NCBI GenBank assembly: GCA_016748015.1
Contig: JAAOMT010000507.1
Location: 42,178-106,177, forward strand
Reading direction: 5' to 3'
Source of the DNA: Geosiphon pyriformis uo1
Lineage: Eukaryota > Fungi > Glomeromycota
DNA: 64,000 bases
Shown here piece by piece: positions 1 to 11,899 of this stretch (position 1 is the first letter of the stretch; the number at the start of each line of letters is the position of its first letter). The translations under genes were made by a program, and so were the position numbers. Under the pieces are notes generated by a model that was not told the DNA's origin, did no database searches, and saw only the letters and a program-made list of their open reading frames with translations.

Positions 1-213
1 CAGTATTTTCTAGAACACATACTCAAAAAAAATCCAGAACACCAAAACAGGCAAAAAATTTTAATATCAAAATAGGATTTAAGTTTACAATGGGTGAAAA
101 AAATCTAAAATTTCAAGGAAGTCTAAAATATCTTTCATAAAATGGATCAATTTTTGACTAAATATGTTGTCAATTCTTATTTTTATACTTATTGCTTAAA
201 GTGGGCTTAAAAT

Positions 214-1272
214 CTAAATGATATGAGAGTTACTTGAAGTGTTATTGTAATCATTAATATAGTTCATTTCATCGAAATTATGTTGGAAAAAAAATTCTTC
301 GGGGACATCTGGGATATAATTATGATTGTAATCGGGGGGTAAAACGCCTAGCGGATTTAGCTGTGTTATTATTTCAGGATAATTTGGTGATATCCATTCT
401 GAATTCCAATATTGATAAACATCTGTTGAAGTGGAAGGAACTACTTCGTGTTCTGTTAATAGGTTTAATGTTTCTGGGTCGGCGAAATCCTCACTACTCG
501 TTTCATTAATCTGATTATTGGAAAATTGTGTCCGATTCAATTGACCAAAAGTTTCCAGAGGAGCAGTAGAAGGTGTTCTTGCAAGTATTTCTGAAGCAAT
601 TTGCGAATTGTCATGTAATTCTGATAGGGTTTTTACTATTAAATTGCTATTCAGCGTAGAATCATCAAGAGGTGGGCTGTTCGTAATATAAATTAAAGGT
701 GGACTTGTTCGATTTTGATTTTCTGTAATGTTGATAAAATCATTCACTTGTTCCCTTTCAGGTGTAATAATTTCTTCGATCCAAGTATACTCCTTTTGTT
801 TTTTGTTTGATTGACCTGGCTGATATTTATAATTAGGTGAAGCTTGACTTTGAGCACGAGTGGCAACCGTGGCAAGCCATTCGAAAAATCTTTTCATATC
901 CTGCCCTTCATTTTTCCAATTTTGTCCAAAAAGTTTTGATGTTCTTTCGAATCCTAACTTTTCCGTTTCCGGTGTTCTCTTCATTTGCAATCTCATACCT
1001 TTTTGATAAAGTAGATAACTGTTTTGGGTTCGTGGTAAATTTCCTTTTGTTCGTTTCTTACCCAAGGATAATATTTGTCGAAGATCTTGAATAGTGAATT
1101 GTAATGGGTTATTCGTTTCCGGCAATTCTACTTGGAGTAACTTTTCGACGGCATCATTGTATTCATTGAAATAAGCCGCATCATGTATCGAAGTTTTTCG
1201 TTTTTTCATAACTCTTTTTTTAGCGGTTGTTAATTTTGTCGCTACATTATGAGTGTTAGAGCTTGAAGCCAT
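214..1272 (-). CDS. MATA-type HMG-box transcription factor (352 aa)
   Basis: HMG box readable as PRTQNSYLLYQK...TSKLFGQNWKNE...KRFFEWLA...PNYKYQP, followed by an acidic S/T/N-rich C-terminal region; single open frame; TATA-like TATAAAT on the minus strand near 1331-1337. Confidence 0.85.
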   Translation of the reverse strand: MASSSNTHNVATKLTTAKKRVMKKRKTSIHDAAYFNEYNDAVEKLLQVELPETNNPLQFTIQDLRQILSLGKKRTKGNLPRTQNSYLLYQKGMRLQMKRTPETEKLGFERTSKLFGQNWKNEGQDMKRFFEWLATVATRAQSQASPNYKYQPGQSNKKQKEYTWIEEIITPEREQVNDFINITENQNRTSPPLIYITNSPPLDDSTLNSNLIVKTLSELHDNSQIASEILARTPSTAPLETFGQLNRTQFSNNQINETSSEDFADPETLNLLTEHEVVPSTSTDVYQYWNSEWISPNYPEIITQLNPLGVLPPDYNHNYIPDVPEEFFFQHNFDEMNYINDYNNTSSNSHII

Positions 1273-3314
1273 TTTTTGATTCTTGATCTTTTTCTTATTT
1301 TCTCAAAAAAGTTTGGGATTTGTGGCGAGTATTTATAAACGCGACGGTAAAACAGATGTGGCTAGTATTACCAAAAAGGTATGGCGAACTCGTTTGGGAT
1401 TCACGCGTTCTTGAGCTGTTGAACGGTTTCAAATTCCTAATATTCTCCGGTTGGCTCATCTTTTAATACACAATGGATTGGTTGTTTGAGCAGTCAATAT
1501 TCTCATTGATTCCTTTTTCGCTCAAAAATTTGAAACAGTCCAACAAAAAAAACGGCCGTTTTCCCAGAAATTTTGATAGCCGACTCTAGTTTGCAATACT
1601 GAATATTGCCCGGACCAAAAAGATGAAATCTTTGAGCAGAACTTTTTCACAAAAGTTCCCAAATCTTTGATTTTTCCGAGACTAAGTTCCGGTTGGTCAT
1701 TTTAGAACCACGCACCAAAATTATATCTTCCAAGAAATGATATCCTGATCATGAGCATTTGATATATCAGAAATCACTAAATTTGATTGCTACTTGTTTT
1801 TCAATCTAAAGCTAAATTTAGCTGTTTGTTCTTTTTTGAAGCAGGCTCAAAAAAGACACTTTCTGAAAAGTAACAAAAAATTTACTTTGATTGTATGTCA
1901 ATTTGAAACATTGTACCTAATGGTATATTTAATGAATCAAAAAATTTTTGTGAAGGACTTGCGTACAAAAACGTTACTTGAAAATTCTCCTTTCTTTTTT
2001 CGAAAAATGCTTTGCTTTGAAAATATAAACATAGTATTCCCAGCATGGTTAGATCTTACTACGATTCTAAGCCGAATAACTGGGGGCAGAATGCTTTTAA
2101 AAGTGATAAATTCGGTTGATTTTTCATGAATAAACTCGGAATAACTAAAGTATAACAATAACTAAATACTCCATGCTCAATACTTAAAATAGATATATTT
2201 TCCATGAATTTTAATTGTGATCAAAAAAAGTTTATGTTTCTCAAAGGACCCCAGGAAAATTCGTTGTTTTACTATGTAACAGATTTTCATCAGACGAAGA
2301 TAGACATAATCTCTGAGGATCGAGGGGGGTTAATTTGGTTTGAAGAATTTTTAGAACCCGTTTGTAAAGAGTTACATATATTAAATTTTTGTCGCAAGAT
2401 ATCAAGGACAATGGATAAAAATTATCTGCCTTTTTTGGTTTTTGTTAGATGCACCAACAAGCAAAATGCTGTATACTTTGAGCACAAGATGTACGTTGTG
2501 TGCATTGCAAACTTTTCTTGGTTGATGACAATAGACAAATTAGCGTCTACCATGGTTTGGGATTAAAATATAGTTTCCTAGCCTGGGATTAATAGTATCC
2601 AGACCAGGGAATTAAGGAACAATAAATAAATTGGATCTCATGTTTGACGAATTGATTCTGTTGCAAATCACGATCGTGCAGAAACCTATTTTCATTACTT
2701 TGGATTCAGGCTAAGGTTTTTAATTGCATTTTTTTAATTGGCACATTTTTATTAAGCAAACTAAAATTAAATGTCTTTATTAATCATTCTAAATTTATTC
2801 CAAGCAATTAATTTTCTGAAACAGTTGTTCCTTAACCACTTGAATTAAAATATCTTTAAAGGAAATATTAGGACCTAGTTCGTGAGCAAATTTAGAAGAA
2901 GAGAAATTTAAACAAGGGTTTGAAAAACGACCTTTTCTTCAATTTTCGTTTTTAATTTTTTCAGGGAAAAGGATAATTTTAATGTTTTAATAGTCGGCTG
3001 ATGTTTGGAATAAATTTTATTTGCAAAATACGAGGCAACCTTTTTTTTAAAAAAAATAAAATGCTATTAAAACTCTCGAGATAAAATGAAACTTTCTGTA
3101 TTTTTTATAAACATCTTAAGTTCTTGTATTTATATTCCTAAAAGAAGAAATTCAATATGGTTTTGCATAAATTGAAAAGTATAGGGGAGATATTCTTTTA
3201 TCTATTATAAATTGGTTTGTGAAGTATGGTGGAAAATCTTAAAAGAATGGTTTTTACATAATGTTCATAAGAACTTTCTTTAAATAGTTAAGATATAATA
3301 AAATTGTGTGATCC

Positions 3315-4319
3315 TCAAAATTTCATATTTATATTTGAAAAATCAAAAAATTTTGGATCGAATTGAGGAACCAAACTAAATGGTAAAGTTTCATCAGGAA
3401 AGATAGAAAAGTTTTCATCCAAGGAGCTATCCAGAATTGTTGAAGTAGAGAATTTTATTGGCCCAAAATCAAGTATTGACCAGTTCAAATACGAATCAAA
3501 ACTCAATTCTGTTTGTTCAATTAGTGCAGCGTTTTCTAGGGGAAATTTATTTAAAAAATCAAAGGAGTCATGGTCGACAAGATTTATTGAAGTGTTTTTC
3601 GGAATATCTTTGAATGCTGTATTCAATTTTTGAAATGGTAAAGATTCAATTTTGCTGGTAGAATTTTTTAGTTTTAAGGAACGACTGAATGCAGGCCCTT
3701 CCCTGAGATAAGGTTTGAAACGAAACTTTTTTGATTTTGAAGGTGAAATTTTACTGAATTGAGATGAATTTTTTTTTGCAGATCTAAATCCCCTGATAAC
3801 GCAAAGTTGGCCTTTTTCAACATTTTGACGAAGTTTAATTTCGTTAATTATCGGCGTTGGATTCACAAACATGATAGGAATTCGGGTAGATTCTTGCAAA
3901 GATCGAGCCGAATCAAACAAATTATCCGAACTTTTTTCTTGAAATTCACTCACTCCGGGATCACTAAACTCTCTTGAAACCTCTAAGCTTTCCCTGACCT
4001 CTTGGGTAGCCAGCACCAAAATGTTGGCCAATATCTTAAAAAGTCCTTTTAAACCCGGGGAAGCCTTAGTCCAATTTTGTTTCGCGATATCCGAAACATC
4101 GTCTTGATAAATTTTTGGTGAAACTTTACGAATTTGGGCATTCAAATCTATACGATACAAGACAAAATCGTTTGGAATTATCTTGACCTCGAAGGCTGGT
4201 GGTTCTAAAAGCTTCTCAAGAGGAAGAAAAGGCTTTGGAAGGTTTTTAAGAAGAGGTTGGTATTTTGCTAAAAGTTTAGTGATGGCTTCTTTAGTTTTCA
4301 ATTTCCAGATTGTGTTCAT
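3315..4319 (-). CDS. Divergent HMG-box protein (334 aa)
   Basis: KPFLPLEKLL leader then IPNDFVLYR...QDDVSDIAKQNWTKASPGLKGLFKILA matches HMG helices 1-3; basic KSKKFRFKPY motif and acidic/aromatic tail; same strand as the HMG gene at 214-1272. Confidence 0.7.
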   Translation of the reverse strand: MNTIWKLKTKEAITKLLAKYQPLLKNLPKPFLPLEKLLEPPAFEVKIIPNDFVLYRIDLNAQIRKVSPKIYQDDVSDIAKQNWTKASPGLKGLFKILANILVLATQEVRESLEVSREFSDPGVSEFQEKSSDNLFDSARSLQESTRIPIMFVNPTPIINEIKLRQNVEKGQLCVIRGFRSAKKNSSQFSKISPSKSKKFRFKPYLREGPAFSRSLKLKNSTSKIESLPFQKLNTAFKDIPKNTSINLVDHDSFDFLNKFPLENAALIEQTELSFDSYLNWSILDFGPIKFSTSTILDSSLDENFSIFPDETLPFSLVPQFDPKFFDFSNINMKF

Positions 4320-6699
4320 TTGAGAAAGCTAAATTTTTCAAAAAATTCTTTAGTAAATAGATTTTTTCTGTTTCTTAACCACCACTTTTCGAGATATTAA
4401 GAAACCGTCTTTTTATTTAAATTTACAAAAGGGCGGCAATGATTGACGTGTCCGCTTATTAGACAGTTACACAAAACTGCGAGATGGAATCTGAATTTAA
4501 CTAAATAATCCCTACTATTGTTCAAAAAAACTTTCACCCTAAGCATTTTACCCCTGTGAAAAAAATTGTTTTACAATTAACCTTGCGTGGGATAATACTT
4601 ACCTGGAGGAAAGGTTTGTCCAAAATCCTGGATATAAAATGATAAATATAAATATTTAATTTCACTCGGGAATTTGTTTCATGGGTCAAGTTTTACTTAA
4701 AACAGTGTTAAATATCCAAAGCGAGGGGAATAGGCAAAACAATGAAAATTTTCAATTGAAATATTATAAATTTTATTGTGCTTTAGAAAAATTTTCTCAT
4801 TTTTTTTTGTTCAATTCTTTAAAGTATTGTACTGTAAAATAATTAGATCTAGATTTTGTAGTTTTTGAAGGAAAGGAGCTAAGAAAAATAATTTTTACAA
4901 AAATATCCTTTTCCAAAAATAGAAAGGTTCTGAGCAAAAGATAAATTAGCCTCAGAAGTTTCAAGGTTAGTAAGTTCAAAATAAAATGAATTCCGGAATA
5001 AATATAATTGTCACTTCTAGCCTTTTTGGTTTTACCATTTCTATTAGTATTAATATTGAAACGCATATTCTTCTATGAATATAAAAAGATTTTTCCAAAA
5101 ATTTGTTCGAGCATATTCATAACAAAATCCAACCTTTTTTTATATATAAACAAAAATTTAAAAACATGAAGACGAAAATGGTATTTTTTCTATAAATATT
5201 TCCTTAAAAAGATTCTTACTAAGATATATTAATTTTAATTAAATTTTGTATTTAGATTTTCAAAAAAGAAACTCCAAAGAGAATCCTGTGATGCATTTAG
5301 TAAGTTTTTCAAATAAAAAAAATTAAATGGTTAAACTGGGATTATATCTATCTTTTATGGTTCGAAGATACTATTTTTGAATGGAAAATTTAATTGGGAT
5401 ATTTTTATGAAATTTGGTTTATGAGGTATTTTTGATGGTATTGAGGCATATTAAAGTTTTGGGGTTTCCGAAAAAAAGATAGTCCCAGAGTTTATCTCTG
5501 ATTTTTGACGATAATCTTTTTAGTATTTTATCTTAAAAGGAAAAATTTAAAACCAAAACACGTATGATCTCCAATTTATTTTTGCATTAAGGTATTAAAA
5601 TGGTTTTCTCGAGTTAAAGTGGGTAACCATGCCCCCTTCAAAACCACATATTTGATCAACCTCGCATTATAGAAGTGCATTTCAGTATGTTTTATTGAAA
5701 GGATTGATTTGATTCTTCTTTTGGGAATCTGCAATAATGAAAATTTAGCAGTTCTTTTAGTGTTTAACGCCCAAAAATTGGCCTTCAGATGAAAATCTTA
5801 GCGATAGAAGAAAACTATCAAGTCTCGTATTGTTGTCTCTCCGGGGCTTGTGCAGTATCTTCGATCTAAAATTCAAAAAAAAATTTCATTCTCAGAGCCT
5901 CAGAACGGAGTAAAAAGTCAAAATTCTGAAATTGTAAAAAAACGAATGAAATTAATATAAATGCATGCGCATGCACATCAACACTAAAGGGTTAGAAACC
6001 AGATTGAACTAGCGGTCATTTTTAAAATGGTTAATTATATAATTCAAAACATAAAATTCCTAAATCGAACAATTCCGGATGCACATAAACTAATTTTAGT
6101 TCCCCGTCCCCAATCGTTAATGTTAGGATCTCTCTTTAATTTGCTTAATTATTTACACGAATATTAACAAGCATCAAATTAATAGAGCAATAAAGTGGTT
6201 TATCACAATGCTAAATCTAAAGGAGAAAAATCGTAAAGATCCGAAGCTCGTTTCTGAAAAGGTTTTTGGGCCATCATTCTAGGATTGGCAGTGAATTCAG
6301 ATCATTAATCAATTTTTTTTCTATTCAAAATTAACAGTTAATTATTTCCCAAAATATTTGTTGATTTATATATATCAACCATTTGAGATAAGTATTTTGA
6401 GAATTTCACTGTTTACAAATTATGCTTTGTAATAATTACCTAATAATTTTCTATTTGCAGAAAGCCTAGATTTTGGAGGAAGAAAGATTTACTCAAAAAA
6501 TACGTAATCTTGACAAAGAGTCTGATCAAAGCAAAATTTTGAAGTTATATTAAGGAGAAAATTGGAAACAAAGTGGGAGGACTGACTTGAGAAAGATTAT
6601 AATTGTTAACAAAAAATCCAAATATATGAATTTAAATAAATAAAAATATTCTTTTTTAGAAAATTTCACCTTTTATTTCATAAATACTTTTGTACAATT

Positions 6700-9145
6700 A
6701 TTTGCTATTATTACAGATTAGTAACAAGCTTTTGAAAAAGCAAGTTACTTATAAAAAGTTGCAACCAGTATTATATTTAATTACCATACAATTACAGTTC
6801 CAACTTATATAATTGTATTACATATAATTTTTATTTACTAAATTCATAATTCCATTTTTATTAATAATATATTGTTACAGTTCAAAATTTCCTTTTTTTT
6901 CTGATAGAATATTAATTTTAATTATATTAATCATTCTATTTTTAAAATTAGTTGTTAACTTAATTTTTGACTTTATTATTAACTTAATTAGTGATTCAAT
7001 TATTAATTTGGTTAATTGTTTTTTTAAAAAATATACAGTATAGTTATGATTAAAACTTTAATTTTTACTTGATTAATAACTTAATTATTGATTTAGTTAT
7101 TGACTTGGTTATTGACTCAATCATTAGCTTTATCATTAATTAAATTAATAATAGAATCACTAATTTGATCATTAATTTTTTTAAGAATATATAAATAAGA
7201 TCTTTCAAAGCTATAGAAATTTATTTACACTTCAATCAATTCATTTAAACAATAATATTAATTTTTTTATTTTCTTTTTACTAACTTTTGTAAAGTACAT
7301 TGAATAAATATTTACTAAAAAATATAAATAATATTTAATATTGAATTTTAAAAGCACTAATATAAAATATTGAATTATACTAGTGTATTATTTTTTATTG
7401 ATAGTATAAACTATTTTTTTATCTTTAGATTCTTTTATTATCTTTTAAAAATATTTATAACTAAAATATTAAATCTTTACTAATTTAATTTATTCATTAA
7501 AGTTGGATTATTTTTTAATTATTTTTATTATTATATAATACTATTTTTTTTACAATTTTATTAAAATAATTGAAACTTTTTATAAGTTATTAAAAAGTAT
7601 TTAACTAATAAAAATTAATTTAATTATTTAAATATTAATAATTTATTTTTTTTATATAATAATAAAAAAATCAAAGAATAAATTTAACTTAATATGCAAA
7701 TTAAATTTGTAAAAATTTAATATATGAAATTAACTTGATAAAAATCTTAATTATTATTTTTTCAAATAAATATCAAATATTGTTTTTTTTTTAGAAAATA
7801 TTTATTTAATATTTTACAAAAGCTACCAATATAAATATTAAAAAAATTATAATTGTTGTAATAATTTTGCTAAAAACTTTAAATAAAAATAATTTTTGTC
7901 TTGAATTTTTATTTAAAATTATTTTTTTTACAACTTTAAAGAGTTTTTTTTATATATTTTAAAGAAAAAATTAATAATTAAGTCAATAATTGCATTAATA
8001 ATTCTGTTAATAATCAAATTAATAATTGAGTTAATAACTAAATTAGTGACTAAATCAAAAATTAAGTCATTAATTAAGTTAATAATTATATTAAAAACTA
8101 AAAAATTAAACTTTAATAAAATAAAATTATTTGGAAAATTTTTATTTATTAAATATGCAAAAGCAATTAAAAAAATTTATAAAATAATTAGACTTTAAAT
8201 AAAACTAAATAGAAAAAAAATTAAAAACAAATTTATTAATGTTTTATAATTTTTTTATTTTAAAAAAAATTTGACTGTAAATACAATAGTAAAATTAACT
8301 TAATTTATTGAAAATAAATAACAAATATACTTAAAAAAACATTTTTTTACTTTCTAATTAACTGTTATATTATATACTATTTATGCTCAAATTAAAATAA
8401 ATATTTAATAAAAAAATCAAAGATTTTTAAAACTTTAATACTAATTATATTACAATTAACAGCAATAATCTTAATATAAACAAAAATTTTAAAACCAAAA
8501 GCTTTTAATATATTATATATATATAAGTAATAATTATATAATATAAAACTATAATAATTTTTCAATGTTTTTTCTAAATTTAAGAAATAATATTTAAGAA
8601 AATAACAGAAACAATAACGATTGTGTTTTAAATTAAGAAGCAAATTAGATTTATATTAATTTATAAAAAAAAATTTTTAGTTAAAACAATAATTATTAGT
8701 TTAAAAATTAATAAACATATTTTTCAAAAAATAAAAATACAAATCAAGAACAAAAAAATCATTTAAATTTTAATATAATTATTTTAATATTTAATAATAA
8801 GAATAAAATTCTATAAATAAAATATTTAAGAATTTGCCAAAATTAGAATTTTTAAAAATTGTGTAGAAATTTAAGTCTTTATTTTAAATAGTTTATAATT
8901 TATTTTTAATTTTAAAAAAATTTTTAAAAATCTTAAATATTAAAAAACAACTTAAAACTAATAAATAACTTTAATAAATAATTTTAGTTTTAAGTAATAA
9001 TCTTATATATTTTATTTGTAAAATCTATATAATTAGATATTTATGAATTTAATATTAAATAATAATTTTTTAGTTAATATTATAATTCAATATTTTTTAA
9101 ATACAATAAAAAAATTACCAAAACTATAATATCACAAAAGAAATT
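6700..9145. repeat. Ultra-AT-rich decayed repeat block with degenerate ~12-bp-period sub-repeats
   Basis: Very few G/C and no credible ORF; TTGGTTATTGAC-like units at ~6950-7180 recur in inverted orientation at ~7980-8090. Confidence 0.6.
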
Positions 9146-9146
9146 A

Positions 9147-11365
9147 CATTATAGGGGTAAATCATGCGTTGTTTACACGTGATCAGACACTCGGCCCAAT
9201 CAAGAACTCACTACACTGAATCAAAAGTAAGTGAGAATAATCCCAACTCACGAATTCTCTTAATGATACCATTCAGATTTCTAGAATCAAAAATAAACTC
9301 ACTAAGAAACAATCTAGTAAACTCAATATTGCTCTTGGTTTCAGCACCAGACATTTGCCACAAAGCAATAAAATGCTCAATAGTGTCCTCACTTAAAAAG
9401 AAAAGCTTAGCAGCCAGCATACCATCATAATCCATATCACCAAAGTCAACCTCAGATCTAAGACAAGCAATGTTCTTGGAGATCCCAACCAAGAGGTTAG
9501 AAAAATTGTTAGCAGCACTCTTTATAGAAATGAAATCTTTCTCGACCTGAACAGCCTTAGCAGCATTATCATCAAAAAAACGAGACACCAAAGCAACCAA
9601 AGAACCAACAAGCTTAACAATAGACTTAACTAGAGCAGCCAAATCCGAAATCTGCTTTTCCAAAGAGTCCAACCTAGAACTAACAGCAGAATTAGCAGCA
9701 GAAGCAGTCAAAAAAGCCACTAAAGGAGGAAACTCAGAAAGACCAGAAAGAGCAGCAGTCTTGGCATATGAAGCAGAACCCACAAAATGAGACTTGAAAA
9801 TCTTGGGAACTTTGGGAGTAGGAGGTGGAGAAATCTTGCAATCTGTGGCCAGATGGCCCATTTCTTGACACTTAAAGCAGCGCTGGCAGCCAGGAGTTTC
9901 CCACCAGATATGGCATTTCCTTAGAGTACCAGTCTTGACTACAGCAGAATCCAAATTGCCTTGAGAGTCAAATGTAATCAAAGCAAACCAGAAATGACGA
10001 CCAGAATCAGAAGAACGAGGGATGAAACATGTTTGACCACCAATCTGAGAAATCATATCACTGATTTTAAAGGCAGTACAGCCAGGGGGAAAGTTGACCA
10101 ATTTGGCCTTAAACTTATCACAAGACAAAATAGTCTCATTTTAATTCACCAGAGGGAGGATTCTAACACTATCCTTGTTCACCAAGACTGACCAATGCTT
10201 CAAGGCAGATACAGCAAAGTCCAACTTTTCAAAATATACCACCACATATTGCCAAATGCCAGCAGACTTCAGCACAACACAAGTAACACTACCAAACACA
10301 CTAAGAGCCAACTTAATGTCAGCTGCAGACACACCTAAAGGCATATTATGCAGCACAACAGCAGCAAGAGAGGAACCAGATTCAGAAATCACCAAAGACT
10401 TGTCAATTTTGAGAATAACCAAATGAACAAAGTTTGTAAGCTCAACCAGAAATGCAGTTTCCAAAGACTGTTGAGAAGCAAACTTCATACAGAAAAGCTT
10501 CACATTGTCTTTTGAAACAGATTTAGCACCCAAGAAACCATGCACAGACTAAAAAACAGTCTTAACATAAGCCAATTTGATCTTAAAAGTAACATCAGGC
10601 ACCAGAGTAGAGGCCACCCACCCAGCAAACCTTTGACAACTAATAATAGTTTTCCAAGCACCACCAAAAGTAGTACCAGAAACTAGAGAAGGAGATGAAT
10701 CAGTTTCTATTTGATCAGCCCAGTTCTCAAAAACAGGTGACCCAACAGGAAGAGATTGTTTTGCTTTTAAAACCGGCAAAGATCTACTGGAAGACACCAT
10801 ATTTGGCAACACAGCCAGTAGTTGATTTTGGCTCATCTTGGATGATGTGCTGGATAATACTATAAAGATCTCATCTAAGATTTCATTGGGAACCACAAAG
10901 GGGTTTAGTGTAACAATAGCAGAGGCAAGCGACTGTTCCCACTTTTCTGAACTTTTGGTCTTTTTGATCATTTTTTTGAAGAGGTAATGCCAGAAGCATC
11001 AGGTGTTGAATCTATAGAGGGGAAGACCAGCTTATTTACTGGTCTATTATAAAAAACTTTTGGGTTCTTAGTCGGAGTGGAGACAACACTGAGACTAACC
11101 CAAGTGTGTCTCTTTGAGGGAACTTTGACTGGTGAAAAACCAGCCAAAGATGAGGAAGTTGATTCAGTGGCCATCAAAGGCAGCTTTTCACAATTACTGG
11201 GTAAAGGGAAGGCTTCTAAAACGTTTTGCCTAGTTGCTTCTACAACAAAGAGAGCTCCTTTGGTTGAAATTTTATTAGATATCTCAGAACAGATATCTAG
11301 TACAGCTTTTTTACTCTTTGCTCTGGTCGTGGTCATAAAATTAAGGAGACAAAGAGTTTTTTTAC
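9147..11365 (-). mobile_element. Non-LTR retroelement ORF1/gag-like gene (RRM-like regions + CCHC zinc knuckle), inactivated; no ORF2 follows
   Basis: Four track ORFs join into one frame (ATG ~11336 to stop 9211) with a 1-nt slip in an A-run near 10972 and in-frame stops TVF*SVH (10549) and PLVN*NET (10141); perfect knuckle CFKCQEMGHLATDC; coiled-coil-like SRLDSLEKQISDL; strongly CpG-depleted. Confidence 0.75.
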
Positions 11366-11899
11366 AAAATAATCCCAAACTATTTATCTATTTTATAATT
11401 AATATTTATAAAAATAAAATAAAACAAAAATAATTGTATTTAAATGTTAATATTAAACAATATTACCAGAAGTAATTTAATAATAATAATAATATAAAAT
11501 AAAAATAACAATAATTTTAATAACTTTTAATAAAAAATGTTTAAACAAATAATAAAAGTTTAATAATAAATAATAAATTTATTTTTTAATTTTATTATAA
11601 TATGCTCAAAAAATATTTAAAAAACAGCTTAAAAAAAACAAAATAGAATTATTAAAGACATAATTTTTATTTAAAATATTAATATAATTATCTCTTTTAT
11701 TTTTTAAATAATAAATAAATACTATGTTTAAATTTTATTAATATTAAAAACCAATTAGCTTTATTTTTAATGAAAAAATAAAAAACTTTATAAAAAATAT
11801 TTTAAAATAATATTTAAAGTTTATAATTAATAATTAAACAAAAAAACCTATTAAAAAAATATTAAATTAATATTAAAACTTTATTAATTAGAAATACTT

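Noticed and set aside
214-4319. Mating-type locus
   Set aside because: No flanking tptA/rnhA or homeodomain pair in the window, and HMG paralogues are abundant in this lineage.
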